A stretch of DNA of 64,000 nucleotides from the human T2T-CHM13v2.0 reference genome, Homo sapiens. The translations under genes and the position numbers were made by a program. The DNA lies in the NCBI RefSeq assembly GCF_009914755.1, contig NC_060936.1; one strand, given 5' to 3'. Under the pieces are notes generated by a model, which saw nothing but the letters and a program-made list of their open reading frames with translations, ran no database searches and was not told the origin of the DNA. Shown here piece by piece: positions 47,584-61,969 of this stretch (the stretch's first letter is position 1; every line of letters starts with the position of its first letter).

Positions 47584-47827
47584 AAAAAGAAAAGAAAAGA
47601 GGGGAGAGAGAAAAGAAAAGAAAAGGAAGGAAGGAAGGAAGGACGGAAGGAAGGAAGAAAAGAAAGAAAGAAAGAAAAAAAGAAAGAAAGAGAGAGAAAG
47701 AAAGAGAGAAAGAAAGGAGAGAGAGAAAGAGAGAAAAGAAAGGAGAGAGAGAGAGAAAGAAAAGAAAGAGAGAGAGAGAAAGAAAGAAAAAAAGAAAAGA
47801 GAAAAACAGAGACAGAGAGAGAGAAAA
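47584..47827. repeat. GA-rich compound microsatellite grown from the FAM tail
   Basis: (GAAA)n, (GGAA)n, (GA)n; purine-only from 47645 to 47806. Confidence 0.95.
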
Positions 47828-47989
47828 TGAAGAAATGGCCAGAGAGGCAGGAAGAAAACCACAGGGGAGGTGGAGTGGGGAGCAGGGTGGGAAGGCCAGG
47901 GAAGAGGGCTATAAGGGCTGAGTAGTCTGCAGTGCTCAATGCTACAGAACTCAGCTCACGCTGACTTAAGGGATTCTCTTCCCCAAGGC

Positions 47990-48320
47990 AAATGGGCTTT
48001 GCCCCCCACCGTGTGTACATGTGATCCTGCTTCCCTAGCCACAGTTAATTGGTCAAGGGGTGATCAATGACCCAAGTAGCATCGAAACCTTCCCTGGGCT
48101 GAGCTCTTAAAAGGTAAAAGTGGGCCAGACCTGGAATTTGTGGAATGTCACCTGCTTCTGCCACGTGGATTGGAAGCAGACAGAGAAAGGGGAAAGATGA
48201 GCAGGGACAGCCAGGAACAATCTTGGTCCAGGGAAGACACCCTGTATTCTGATAAATGACTCTTTTATGCTGCAGCTGGTTCCTGTTGGTTTTTCTTACT
48301 TGGAACTATAAAAGTCCCAA
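47990..48320 (+). mobile_element. Old MLT1-like LTR fragment
   Basis: gccacagttaattggtcaagggg...tgacccaag...gctggttcctgttggtttttcttacttggaac. Confidence 0.45.
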
Positions 48321-49009
48321 AATTCATCCAACAAGAGAGACAGAAATATAAAGAGCTGGATTACCTGACAGAATGAAACATGTGCTGAATGGGGACCTAA
48401 GAGGGGGCTGTGGGAGCTCAGGAGCAGGGGAGAGTCATTCCAGCTGGGCGGAGGGAATGCCTCCAGAAGGGAGGCAGCACTTCAGCTGGCACTTTAAGGA
48501 TGAGGGGGTTTTTAATGGGGAAAGAAAGGAAAGGGTGGATTCTAGCCAAAGGAAGAGCACCAGCAAAGGCAGAGATGAGAGTAAATGGAGCATTAGGGAA
48601 ATGGAGGCAGCGGCTGTGCCTCTGACAGTTTCCTGGTCTGGTTAACTTCAATATGCCTTTCAGGACCCTAGGAAGCCTTCCTGCCCTCCCACAGAATCTG
48701 GCCACCCCATCACAGCCTCTCCCACACTGTATCAAAATGCCCCGTTGACTGGTCTGCATCCCACACCAGACCTGAGCACTGCATCTATTGATCTTTGTAT
48801 GTCCTGTGCCTGACCCAAGGCAGGGCTCAATACAGACTTGATCATCTCAAACATCTCCATTCAACCAGTGCATTCAGAGGAGGGAAAGCCATAGGAGACT
48901 GAGAAGAGGGTTTGGCATCCTATTCTAAGGACCAGGAGTGGCAGGAAGGATGCTATTCGGGGTTAGCTTGTGAAGACTTGCAGGTATGGGAATATTAAGA
49001 TGACTAACA

Positions 49010-49339
<330 letters not shown>

Positions 49340-49377
49340 TTATAGTAAAATACACACCACAATTTAAACCATTTTTT

Positions 49378-49487
49378 AAAAGGGATGGGTCTCCCTATGT
49401 TGCCTTGAACTCCCAGGCATAAGCGATTCTCTTGCCCTAGCCTCCAGAGTAGCTGGGACTATAGGTGCACGCCACCACATCCAGCTT
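49378..49487 (-). mobile_element. FLAM monomer
   Basis: ggtctccctatgttgcc...gtagctgggactataggtgcacgccacc. Confidence 0.75.
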
Positions 49488-49496
49488 ATGTGAACC

Positions 49497-49801
49497 TTTT
49501 TCTTTTTCTTTTTCTTTTTTTTTTTTTTTTGTGACGGAGTCTCACTCTATTGCCCAGGCTGGAGTGCAACAGTGCGATTTCGGCTCACTCAACCTCTGCT
49601 GCCTGGGTTCAAGCGATTCTCCTGCCCCGAGTAGCTAGGATTACAGGCGCCTGCCACCGCGCCCAGCTCATTTTTGTATTTTTAGTAGAGATGGGGTTTC
49701 ACCATCTTAGCCAGGCTGGTCTTGAACTCGTGACCTCGTGATCCACCCACCTCGGCCTCTCAAAGTGTTGGGATTACAGGCGTGAGCCTCCGCGCCCAGC
49801 C
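49497..49801 (-). mobile_element. AluS
   Basis: Full Alu; TSD atgtgaacc. Confidence 0.92.
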
Positions 49802-51159
49802 CATGTGAACCATTTTTAAGTGTACAGTTCAGTGGTATTACACTGATACACAGCCATCATCCCAAACTGAAATTCTGTACCCATTAAACAACAACTTGAA
49901 ACAACAACTCTCTAGCCCATCTCCTCAGGCCCTGCAATCACCAGTCTACTTTTTGTCTCTGTGAATTTTATTCCTCTCAGGTACCTTATATAAGTGATAT
50001 CACACAGTATCTGCCCTTTCAAAAACAATTTACATTTAAATGTGTTTTCAACTGTAAACATTTACCAAGTATTGTCACTTCCTCCCCTGTGAGGCAGGCA
50101 GGGCAGAAACTATTGGTCTGGGTTTGGAGGCCCAGGGAGCTGAGGTTCAGGAAGGTTCAGAGATCTGTCCAAGCCTGTGGCACATAAGATACCCGGCCTA
50201 TCTGACACCCACACACTCCTCAGAGGCTGGTACAGAATCTGAATGAATCTGGATAGGCGGAGGGCCATGACCACAACTCTCAGCCCACACCAGGTAACCT
50301 TCCTGTACCCACAGGTATGGTTTGAACACGTCACTGCAGATTGGCAATCAGAACAGGAAATAATCAATGCAGTAGGGTGAAGCTAAAGGAAAAGGATTCA
50401 ACCTAAGGACACTCAGCCAGAGGCCAGGATGTATCTATCTACAGTTGGGTGCAGAGATGGCTAGAAAGAAGACCTTAGTTTTTAATTACTCTTTATCTAT
50501 GGCCATGACTAAATGTTTGGCTAATCAGGGAGACGACTCAGGGAGGTCAAAGTCATTGCCAGCATGAATTATTAATCTGCACACTTGTTTGGAGTCCACT
50601 GGAATAGGCAGCATAGTCAAGTCACAGTGGAAGGTGCTACATGATTAATCTTCTTCCTGCCTGAGGCCCCCAGCTCTTGAGTGGGCATTCTTCATACTGA
50701 ACATCAGGGGAAAGATCTTGTTTTCCACACTCAGGTCAAAAGGTTTGCTCACTTTTTTTTTCCTGCATAATAATGGTTGATACTAATGACCTATTTGCAA
50801 ACTGCCAAGAGACAGTAGGGTTTCTTCACGTTTGTTTGTTTTCTGGAATCAGAAATGGTTCAAACTGTGCATTACCTTCTAAATCAATGTACTGCAGAAA
50901 GCTCTTAGTGAACCTGAAGAAAACGAGTGATATGCATTTTGTTCTCATCAATACTTACTAAAATAATTTATTAGGTGTTTAAATTGTTAGATGAGACAGA
51001 GTTATCAGACTGGAATAAAACTTAGTTTTCCTCTGCTATCCTGCTTAGGAGAAAAGAGGGGCTCAAATGAGGATTGGGCTAGCTATAGAAATAAAGCTAT
51101 CCTTTCTTTGCACGTAAGTGTAACGTGAATACATTTTCTGCCCTGTTACAGGATTAATA

Positions 51160-51340
51160 ATTACTGAGTGCCTACTACATACTGGGTCCTTTCATACATA
51201 TCCTCATTTCATCATCAAAATAACCCCATGTAGGAAACACTATTATTTTCCCATTTTTAGATTAGGAAACTTAGGCATAGACAGGTTAAGGTTGAGCAGC
51301 ATTCCCAAGGTTCCACAGGTAGCAAGTGTCTGAATCCTTA
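51160..51340 (-). mobile_element. MIR
   Basis: ttactgagtgcctactac...ttattttcccatttttagattaggaaacttaggc. Confidence 0.75.
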
Positions 51341-51504
51341 CAGGAACTTACAGACTAAAAGAGCACAGAACCCATAAAAAGGAGACACTTACAATGCAGT
51401 GTACTAAATGCAAGGACAGAAATGAGTGCACGGAGTTGGGGACATAAAGAGAGGCTAAATTTCACCTGGGAAAGCTTTCTGGAGAAGATTATGTACATGA
51501 CTTA

Positions 51505-51785
51505 TTTTTTGAAAGGTATTATTAATATACAACAAAATGCACAGATGTTAAGTATTCAGTTTCATAAGTTTCAACAACTGCATATGTTTGTGTAGCCACC
51601 ATCAAAAACAAGGTTTAAAACACTTCCATCACCCCCAGAAAGTTCCAGCATATCCCTTTCCTATCAATCCCTCCCCCTTCTCCGATTTCTGAATTCTTTC
51701 ATTACAGATTAGTTTTGTGTGTTCTTGGACTTCATAAAAACAGAATCTTCTGATGTACACTTTTGTCCCGGCTTCTTTTGCTCAG
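51505..51785 (-). mobile_element. L1M 3' end fragment
   Basis: aaaatgcacagatgttaagtattcagtt...ttccatcacccccagaaagttcc. Confidence 0.7.
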
Positions 51786-52080
51786 TTGAGTCTTAAACAA
51801 CGAACAACCCTTTAGCTGAGCAAAGGGCCGGTGTAAAGCAGATGCAGGGAGGTGAGAGGTGGCCTGGAGCCGGGGTATTGGGCGGGAGGTAATGGGGGTG
51901 GGAAGGAAGACAAGGGGAGGGACTGAGGACCCCGAGTTTTAATCTAAGAGGGCTTGGATTTTATTCCATGGGCAAAGGGGAGCTAATGAAGGCTTAAAGC
52001 AGCTACAGATGCACCATTTTGCACTTATAATATCTCAAACTCAGTAGTCTTAGGACAAGGTTATTAGTGATCCCCATTTT

Positions 52081-52399
52081 TTTGGAGTCATTTTATTTTT
52101 ATTATTATTAAACAACAACATTGTCATGTTTTCTTGAATATTGACAATTTGAAATTTAACTTGTTCATGAAAATAAATCTGGAAAAACCTCAAAGAGGCT
52201 AATTTCCAGCCACAATTTAAAAAAACAAAGAGCCCCAATTGAACTTTAGCTTTAAATTCATTTTAACTTTATCCCCAAGACTCCCAGTTTTGTCCTCCTA
52301 GATGCACCGAGACTACACAACATCCTTCGTTAATGGTGGAAAATAAACAGCTTCACAGGAAACAAGACTTCATCACACAAAAATTTATAGACTTGTTCA
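52081..52399 (-). pseudogene. Orphan retroposed 3'-end fragment (unidentified source) inside a MIR
   Basis: TSD tgatcccca(t/c)ttt at 52068 and 52400; minus strand ends AATAAAatgactcc + short A-tail; TT/AAAA endonuclease site. Confidence 0.6.
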
Positions 52400-53419
52400 T
52401 GATCCCCACTTTTAAGTAAAATTTCCTAGCTGGTAAGTCAGGATTCAAACCCAGACTGACTCCAAATATCCTGCTTTTTCCACCCAGAGAAAGCTTTGAA
52501 AATAAGGAGAGAAAAGCCAACATAAGCTATGAATTGCTGCCTGAGAAAGGCAATGAGGAGACTGCAGAGGATGAAAAGTTACTCAGTGCATATGGCAATG
52601 GAGCTGAACGGGGCTGACCCGCAGGGAAGGCAGAAGGCAGGAATCCTGGCAAATCCAGGGTGAGCAGGAGCCAGGCAGTTCCTGGCACTCCTGCTTCTCT
52701 TCTTTAAGGCGCTGCTAATGACTCCACTGGACATGAGCATGATGGCGCTGGCTCACTCAGGTGAACAAACTTAAAGAGATAACTTATTTTCCTGGATTCT
52801 CTTAGCAAGCAACTTCAAACCTGTTTGTATGCCGCCCTTATACTGCATTAAGCCAACTCTCCACTGACCAAGTATACTCTACGACCTTGCAGATGTGTTA
52901 AAAAGAACCTCCAGGATTACTAAAAACTATATCAAATTCATATTTACTAAAGATTTTTAAACCGATTTACCTTTTTATCCTTCCCACTGCATTTCTTCAC
53001 AGCATTCCTTCTACAATGAACCAAACGAAGGTAACAGAGTCAGTTTCTAGAAAACATCCTCAGAATTACGCCTTCTCTTACTCCATACTCAAAATCTGCT
53101 CCAAAATGTGATAAAAAGTAATAGTGAGGAAAAGGAGGGCTAATAATATGTTTCAATTAAAAACTTAAACAATTGAATTTGTCTGTGTCACAGGATTTAA
53201 TGACATTCTGGAGATGAATTGAACATCATGAGGCCCAAGAGCTCAAGAGAAAGGCAGTCTGGTAATATAATATGCAGAAAAAAGAGCTGAAGAAAGTCTG
53301 GGACATGCAAAAACCTGTTACGCTTTCCTAACCTCATTTAACCATAATACCTATTTTCCAGGAAAAAATATTAGCACCCTACACCTTCAGATATGCTTTA
53401 GGAAAGGTTGCAATTGTTT

Positions 53420-53770
53420 TCTTGTGCCTGGAAAGCTTCCCTGCCTTGTCTTTCTGCACTCCTCTTCTGAGTTACCACCTTTTTCTTTTTCCTATCTTTG
53501 CTTGGAATGACTTCTTTATGGAGACCTTCCTAGAAACATATCCCTCCCAAGACCCCACCCCAAAGGCCAGATTCATACCCCTTCTATGTACCCAAGCCTG
53601 CTCATCACAGCAGGAACCCCTCTGTGTTATAACTGCTTGTTTACTCCTCAGCCTTCTGAGCCTATGTGAACTTTTTCAAGTCAAGGACAATGTCTTGTCC
53701 ACCATTATATTCCTAGTAACTAAAACAGTGTCTGACAATAAATGTTCAATAACCAATTGACAAGTGACTG
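53420..53770 (+). mobile_element. L2 3' region
   Basis: tgtgaactttttcaagtcaaggacaatgtcttg...cagtgtctgacaataaatgttcaataa. Confidence 0.6.
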
Positions 53771-53792
53771 ACTGATTGAGCAGCCAATGAAC

Positions 53793-54214
53793 TGTCAACC
53801 TAAATAACAGACAAAGAGGGAGACTCTTTCAAAGAAAATAATACTTATTTGGGAGTTGCACTGCAATGGGAATGTGCATGGATATATTCAGGGAGGTCAA
53901 AGGAAGACAAGGGCTTTTAAAGGAAAAATGAAGAAGATTCCATAATTTTTTTGAGACAATTATCTTTGGCTACAAGGATCATTAACAAAGGTGACATCAG
54001 TCCAGGGTTAGACAGGGGTTTGCTGGGCAGATGTCCTCACAGAAGTATTTTTTGTATATGTCAAGTTGCAAGGGCCTTTGTGCAAGGTTGTGTTTTTGCA
54101 GAGTCTTTTGTGACAGTTCTCATGCATGAGAACCCTTCATTCATGGCCTTCTCTGGCTCCATCTTTTAGAATTTTGACATAAATGACTCCATTTTGATTC
54201 TGACAGCTTTCACA
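53793..54214 (-). mobile_element. MER67-like ERV1 solo LTR
   Basis: tgtcaacctaaataac...tgactccattttgattctgacagctttcaca. Confidence 0.8.
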
Positions 54215-54631
54215 GTCAATATACCTTAGATGTCAATAGTTTGAATGGGAGAAGACATTTATCATCTGTCAGGGAACGCCAAGCACAACACAGAAGGAAG
54301 AGGAGGAAGTTTGGACATGGCTGGTTAGGAGGACTTAAAAGGCCATGCTCAATTTGGAATGGGTCCCAAAGTAAAGAAATCGTATTTGAAAAAAAAAAAA
54401 AGTATAGCAGGAATCCCTTTACTGGGAACTGAGACACCTGGGGCCTGGCCAAGCTCTGCCTCTCACTGGATATGGGACTTGGGACAAGTTCCTTGTCACT
54501 TGATTCTCAATTATGTGTGAAATATAGAGGTAAGCAAAATAAAAATTTTAAATGTATTTTTGTATTTCTTGAGGTAACATTTAATAAAACCATCTTTCAT
54601 TGTTTTTTAAAATAAAAGTGACATGTGCTCA

Positions 54632-54985
54632 TGCTATGGGTTGAATGTGTCCCTCAGAAGTTCCTTTTGCCATTTATTGGCAACTTAATCCCTCTGCCCT
54701 GGTGAATGGATTAATGGCAGCTCTGACTTCAAGAATGAATTAATGTTGCTATCGAGAGAGTGGGTTTGTTACTGTGAGTGAATGTGTTATCAGTGTGGGC
54801 TCTCTCTGGCTCCCTTGCTCTTGCCCTCTGCCATGTCATGACACAGCAGGAAGGCCCTTACCAGATGCCAGTGCCATGCTCTTGGACTTCCCAGACTGCA
54901 AAGCGGTGAGCTAAATATACTTCATTATTTCTTTATAAATTACCCAGTCTGTGGTATTCTGTTATAGCAACGAGAAACAAAGACA
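54632..54985 (+). mobile_element. MSTD-like solo LTR
   Basis: tgctatgggttgaatgtgtccc...ataaattacccagtctgtggtattctgttatagcaac; perfect TSD gctca. Confidence 0.88.
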
Positions 54986-55152
54986 GCTCACTCTATAGAA
55001 TTTTTTTTAAATAAAGGATAAATAATCCTATAATCTCACTCAGAATCCCATCACCCAGAGCTTCAGGGCTTTTAAGGTGGTTGATAGGGAATTAGAGAGT
55101 CATTTTAACTCTGCATTATATAAAACATTGAAAATATAAAACAAGAAAATGA

Positions 55153-55506
<354 letters not shown>

Positions 55507-55609
55507 ATTTCCTTCTAGTTTTTAAAAATTTACGTGATTACCCATTTTACTTTATACACTTCAATGGGATCACAAACTACATTCTTCACTTAACATTGGA
55601 GGGCAGACC

Positions 55610-56090
55610 CTGTGGGTCAGCTGACCCAACGCTCATTTCCAACCCTCATCTCCCTTGCCTGCCTATACTCTACAGTTGTGAAAAGCTATATACTCACTTT
55701 ATTAACATCCTTTGCAACCAGCTGTGGCCAGGTGACATGGTTTTAGCTGATAAGATACGAAGATGTGTCAGCTAGGGAGCACTCGAAACAGTTTTGCTTT
55801 TCTGAGTAAAGGTAGAGAAGCCGTAGTTGCCAACCCACACTCCCTCCCTACTTTGGCAGCAAACTGGACGCCCATAGCTGCAGCAGGCCTCTGGTGACCA
55901 CGGGGTGTCAAGCATTAGAAAGTTAATGGGAATAGCAGAGATGTTGGTGCTGATGTTGCTGAACCAACTGAGCCAACCCCAGAAGCTGCCTACGTTGGTC
56001 TTCCTGTTATGTGAGAAAAATAAATCCCTATTTATATCAGCCCAATGGAAATAATTTTTACTAGCTGTAGCCAAATGTATTCCTGACATA
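55610..56090 (+). mobile_element. MLT1I/J-like LTR inside an L1ME fragment
   Basis: gtggccaggtgacatggtttt...tgttatgtgagaaaaataaatccc...gtagccaaatgtattcctga. Confidence 0.65.
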
Positions 56091-56849
56091 AAATGTAACG
56101 TAAACAGCTTTCCAGGCCATTAACTTTACAATATCATTTTAAATGGCTACAGAGTACTCTATCAAAGCGATGTACCACAATTCATTTAACCAGTTTTCTA
56201 TTGTTCAACTTTTAGATCACTTTCCATTTAACTATTATATACACTGGTCGAAGATTTTTGTAGACAAATCTTTGCAATTTTCATGATTGTTTTCTTAGAA
56301 TAAACTCCTAGAGATGGAATTTCTTGATGAAGGGGCACGTATATTTTTTAAGGCCAATACCAGCTTGTACTCTTCTCGTTCTCTCCCTCGTACAAGGAAT
56401 GCCATTTTAAAAAAATTAACAATCAGATGAGCCAAAACCAATACCTCATTACTACATAATTTCTAAGTTTCCTTTTATAACTAAACATCTCTGATGCAAC
56501 TTGTGAAACATAGTAGAAGATTTGGATGTGGGTTTTAACGGGCTTTCGGCTGACTTCAGATTCATTTCCAAAGCAAAGAAAGCACTGCTTGGCAGTGTGT
56601 TACAACTCTAATTTGTACAAATCTTCCCATTATTGTGAGCCTGCTCTCATTTCAGCCGTATAGGGCTCCTCAACCAAAAGTCAATATAGAACATCTGCGG
56701 GGGCTGGGAGGGGAGCTACAAATGACTGGAAAATGGAACCCAGAGAGATGGGAGATTTCTAGGAAGAAACAAATTTTAAAATGAATAAGGAGAGAAGGGA
56801 GTAAAGAAAAGGAAGAAAGCCACCAGAATCAGGGTCCACACACTCAACT

Positions 56850-57220
56850 TTCAGGCACTCGCATTCTGGTTTTCCGCCTTGCCAAGGTTGCTTCCTGGCT
56901 CTGTGGTTCTGTTTGGAAAGTTGTCCCCTTAGGCACAGCAGCTACGTCTTTCTCATCCTTTGTGAGTCACCCCAAATAGTGCCTCTTCAGAGGAGTTTCC
57001 TCCAATCACCTGACCTAAAGTGGCTCTCACGTCTTCCCTGACCTTCGTATCATCCTATGTGATTTTCTTCATAGCACTGAAATGGTCTTGCTCAATGACA
57101 AGCATCCATGTTGATTGTCAAGTTCCCCCAGCAGAATGTACCCTCAACCTGAGCAGAAACCTCACTCTGTATCCTCAGCATCTAGAACAGTGCTCGGTCC
57201 GTACTGAATGCACAGACTGA
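56850..57220 (+). mobile_element. L2 3' region
   Basis: gcctcttcagagg...ttttcttcatagcact...tgtatcctcagcatctagaacagtgc. Confidence 0.65.
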
Positions 57221-58678
57221 CAATTTCCTAACCTCTAACCAGACACACACTCAGAGATGATCATGGAAAGCAAAGGATGAACTAACTGCTCCGGGGCCTT
57301 GGGAAGTCTGCAGCTCCTGAAACCACACTTCAGAGAGCAGTAGAGAGTCCAGTGTCCCTAGGCAGCTGCCACTTCTCCTTCCCTGACTCATCAACTCCCA
57401 CTCCACTGAAGTGGAGGGTCCAGGGGAGGGAGGGCCCAGCATCTAGGGCTGGCCATCTCCAAAGGGATGAGAGGGGTTACTGTCACATGGGGCTCTTCAC
57501 ACTTATTTCTGGTATTTTGCTCTTATCAGTATTTCAAATATTTTAATTTTTTCTTATGAAGATTTTCAAACAAACAAGGTAAAGGGAATGGTACAATGAA
57601 CTAATGTATCCATCACCCTTCTTATTTCATCTCTTCTCTTACACTGTGTATGTGTACTGGAGCATTTTAAAGCAAAAATCAGACACATTAACAAAATGTT
57701 TAACTGTTCCTGTGTGCTGAGACTGCCTTCAGAGCCCTGGAATTGCACAGTACACATGCTAAGAGCACCAAGGGGTCAAGGTTTCTTGCTGATGCTCAAT
57801 CTAATGGCAGCTTGCTGCTTTCTTCTCGTTGACATGCACAAAAAGGTAGATTTCCAACTAACTGCTTAAGAAAACATTCGGAGCAAACAAAGCCTTTGAT
57901 CCCTGTGGAAAGCTTAGAAGATGCCAGGCAATTCTGCAAAAGCACTAGACGCTAAGCAGTAATAAACCAGGTCAAACGGACATGTCTGCCTGACACCCAG
58001 TTGTTTTGGTTGTCTCTTCTCCAGTTACTTAATTTCCCTGCTTACTGCCTTCTAGATCCCGGAAGGTGCCATGTTCACCAACTGGTACTGCCTTTTCCTT
58101 CTTCTCACGTGAACAAAATGAAAGTATTAATTAGAGGTGTCTCTGAGAACAAGTGAGGGAGCAAGTGTTTTTATGTAGCCATGGAGGGATGGGTCTTGGG
58201 AGAGTCAGAGCGGCTGGGCTCTCTGAAAGATGACCCAGTCAGTAATGGACACGCAGACACAACTGATCCCTGCTGGCTCAAGCATGGTGCCTGGAACAGG
58301 GCAAGCCTGAAATGAACTAAGGAATTAGTGAATCAAATGAGTGAATCGGAATTGAAGAGGCTGGGGGATCAGCAGAACTCTGGATCCTGATCTCCCAGGC
58401 AACGCACTGTAAACAATGAGCAACTAAAACAAAACTTACAAAATAAGACATTAAAATACATTTTAAAATCTATCACCTTAACAGAAGAGTTACTTTCCTT
58501 CTTCCGTGTAAGTCTCTGTCATTTGAGGATTAGTTTTTATGCAGCTGCAATCTTGATACACGGGCAGTTTTATAAACACTCTTCCTCACTTAACACAGCA
58601 AACACGACCCGTGTTGTTAGTCTTCCTCAGAATTATTTTAAATGGCTGCATGTTTGCAGGTGTGCCAACACAGCCTAG

Positions 58679-59057
<379 letters not shown>

Positions 59058-61074
59058 TAAAAGAAACTTCCCCCTGGCCTCATCTCCCACTCCCTCTTGC
59101 TGCGAGGCACCCGAACCATGAGCGCTCCCTCCCTCGAGGCATCAGCACATGCTGTTCCTTCTACATGCAACACTCTCTCAAAGTCCATTCGTTTGCCTAA
59201 CCTATTCCTACCCACATTTCAGGGATCGGATTGTCACCCCAGGAAGCCTGCCCTGACCTTCGTAGATGCTTTAACATCCTGTACTTCAAGGGTGATGGTG
59301 CTCATCGTGGTCTGTAATTGCTTGTCTTAGGATCTGTTTGTCCCACCAGATTGTGAGCAGGACCTATTTTTTTGGAGCCTTATTAGCTAGGTGATCATGG
59401 TGAGCCTCAGTTTCCTCACCTGTAAAAGAGGATAGTCATGCACTCTTTCCCACCCACCAACAAGGATGCTAAGGAGATCACACCAGGCAGTACTGTGAAG
59501 ATTTTCTGTGCAGCATAAAGAAAATGATTTCAAATTCTATATCTGCCACCTAATCCTAAGGAACGAAAGGCAGTCACATCATCTTAACCCTTTGAGGCTC
59601 ACAGTCAAATGATAGCTAACATTTATGAATATTTATGGACACTGTACTAGACAGTTTATATGCACTTCTCATTTTATCCTCATTACAAATGAATGGGACA
59701 GAATCTAGTATTATCCTCACTTTCCAGAGGCTCAGAAGACTAAATAGATTTCCCAAGTCTACACTGTTTCAGAATATGCTGCTGAGCACCCAGTGCAAGC
59801 CTCTTCCCATAAAAAAAATGCCCATACATACATCCACACAAAATAGTGCATACAATTTCCAAGTTCATGAGGCCCCTGAAGCCAAACTTCTTTTGATCCC
59901 TATTCTAGGCCTTGCATGCAGTAAAGTGAATTCTCCAGAGAAGCTCAAAGATTTATACACCCCACAGGGCTGGGAGGTTATGGGAATAAACTGTGTCAGC
60001 AAAAATTCTGGAGAAAACCTTGTAGCCTAGGAATGAGTTGTAAATCTTGAGGTCTCACTAGACACAGTTTCCTTGGCAACTTAAGTCACTGGGCTGACTG
60101 AAGACTCTTGGCCCAAGTAAGAGCCACATGGCATGAATCCTGTATTCTGATAAGCCAGGTGCTGGGAGAAGCTGGTAGTACTGCCAAACTACAGCCACCA
60201 CCACCGACAGCCAGATACTTACTGGTATAGGCAGTTGCTGAAGATACTCACTGCTTGATGTACTTCATATACCGGAGAAACAACAGCTAAATGGAACATA
60301 CGAGGCCTAAAGGAGCCAACGTGGGAGCAGGAATTGGAATTGGTCAAACCATCTGGCCTGAGACTGTGCTAATCTCAGAATGGCTTTGGATGCAGTGAGG
60401 CATCACTGTGGGTGTGAAAGGTGTGTCTCACACTGAGCAGAGTGAGAGCCAACACTTGGGTCAGAGGGAATGGCGCAACACCACCCTCTGCAGAGGATTC
60501 CGTGGGATTGTGCCATGAGCCAAATAAGCGATGAAAACGTGAAAAGCAAACCGGTGAGCCAGGCTGCATTTTTCACTGTGGCACTGTGTGGGCAAAGCCT
60601 TGGAGACCACCTGGGAATGGGATAAGATGAGCCAAAATGGTTTCCATGGCGAATGCTCCCAAAATCAAGAAACAAAGGCTTGGGGAGAGTGTGGTGTCCA
60701 GAAAAGCTGCCTGCTGAGCAGTGCAAGCTGTGACGGTCCTCACACGGAAGATGATGGAAGCCAGCAACTCTCCAGATCCCTTAGAAGAGGAGAAACGGGA
60801 TGCAGCTGAAGAGACTGGTTGGGGTGAGGGTAAGGGAGAGCAGAGAGAACTCCCCACCCCTGAGAACTGTCAAGCTTGGAACTAAGCTACCAAGGGGACA
60901 CACACAGGAATGGTGCCACAGCAGCCCCTAAATGTCGGGGAGGCAGGCATTTTGGTGGAAACAAAGTTTATTTTGCTTTTTAAACAAAAGAGGTGATAAG
61001 GGTCCTCTCTCAAACATATTTTTTTGATGGTCCACAAGTTAAACTACCGCCAGTGCAAAACAGGAGAAAATTAT

Positions 61075-61320
61075 GGGTCCACAATCCTTTATCTGCAATT
61101 CTGAAATCCAAAACGTTCTGAAAACAGAAATTTTTTTCCTAAGTGTGTGCAAATCATTTGGAAGCAAAATCTGACCTGAAATGACATGAAGTTATCATAA
61201 TCTTTACTTATCCCCATCTAATATGAATATGTCTTACTGAAGACACATTAACATGTCTCATTGCAAAGTGCTAACCCCAAGTCCCACTGGAGGCGTTAGA
61301 TAAGGTGTAATAAGCAAAGA
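61075..61320 (+). mobile_element. MER46C
   Basis: ggtccacaatcctttatctgcaattctgaaatccaaaa...gcaaaatctgacctgaa. Confidence 0.78.
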
Positions 61321-61969
61321 ATTTCCTCCAAAACTTGGGGTAGGCAAAATTGTGGACACACATCTCCTTTTCTACAGGTCAGTAAAAACAAAAGAAATGT
61401 TTGACCACCTGGAACAGAATGAATGTAATAAAAAAAGGAACCTACCAGATCTCTTTAGCCTCCAGGTCGGAGGATGGCTTTGGGGCAATCGATGATATAG
61501 GTGTCCTCATGGGGTCCATGAACCAGACTACCCTTCTGTTTCTAATTCTAAATTATAATTTACATATTGTGTTTAGTTCTATTAGACTCTAGCTTTGCAC
61601 CCATATAAATCCAAAGCAACTCCAGATTTTTCATTCATGCAGTGAAATCTGGGAGACTCTCTACTGGGATGAAAATGAAAATATTTAATAGGTAATACTG
61701 TCATTGGCTCTCCTGCTCCCCCTCCAGGAGAATATGAACTGGTAAACTTGATCTCTTTCATTTCTAGAGATCTATGATTTTAGAGGGGGAGAATAAAACA
61801 AAGTTAAATGAAGATGATGTGTTTTCTTGGAGATCTGAATAGTGTTTTCTTGATGAACAAGAGAAAGGACTCCAGATTTCCCATCAAATGATCCACTTTT
61901 CCTGTTCCATAATAGAAGGCCCATTCGGCAGGTTAAAGGATAAGAAAGGAAGATTTAAAAGGGAGTACA

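Noticed and set aside
47466-48020. Longest ORFs (184, 134 and 121 aa; F/L/S- or E/R/K-rich)
   Set aside because: They are translations of the GA microsatellite and FAM, not genes.
60380-60860. Overlapping ORFs and a CCG|GTGAGC donor-like site in unique GC-richer DNA
   Set aside because: No acceptor, coding signal or domain; a lncRNA exon cannot be excluded without transcript data.
61700-61750. Possible micro-exon (ctccag|gagaatatgaactg|gtaaac)
   Set aside because: Weak donor, 14 nt, no partner exons; expected by chance.
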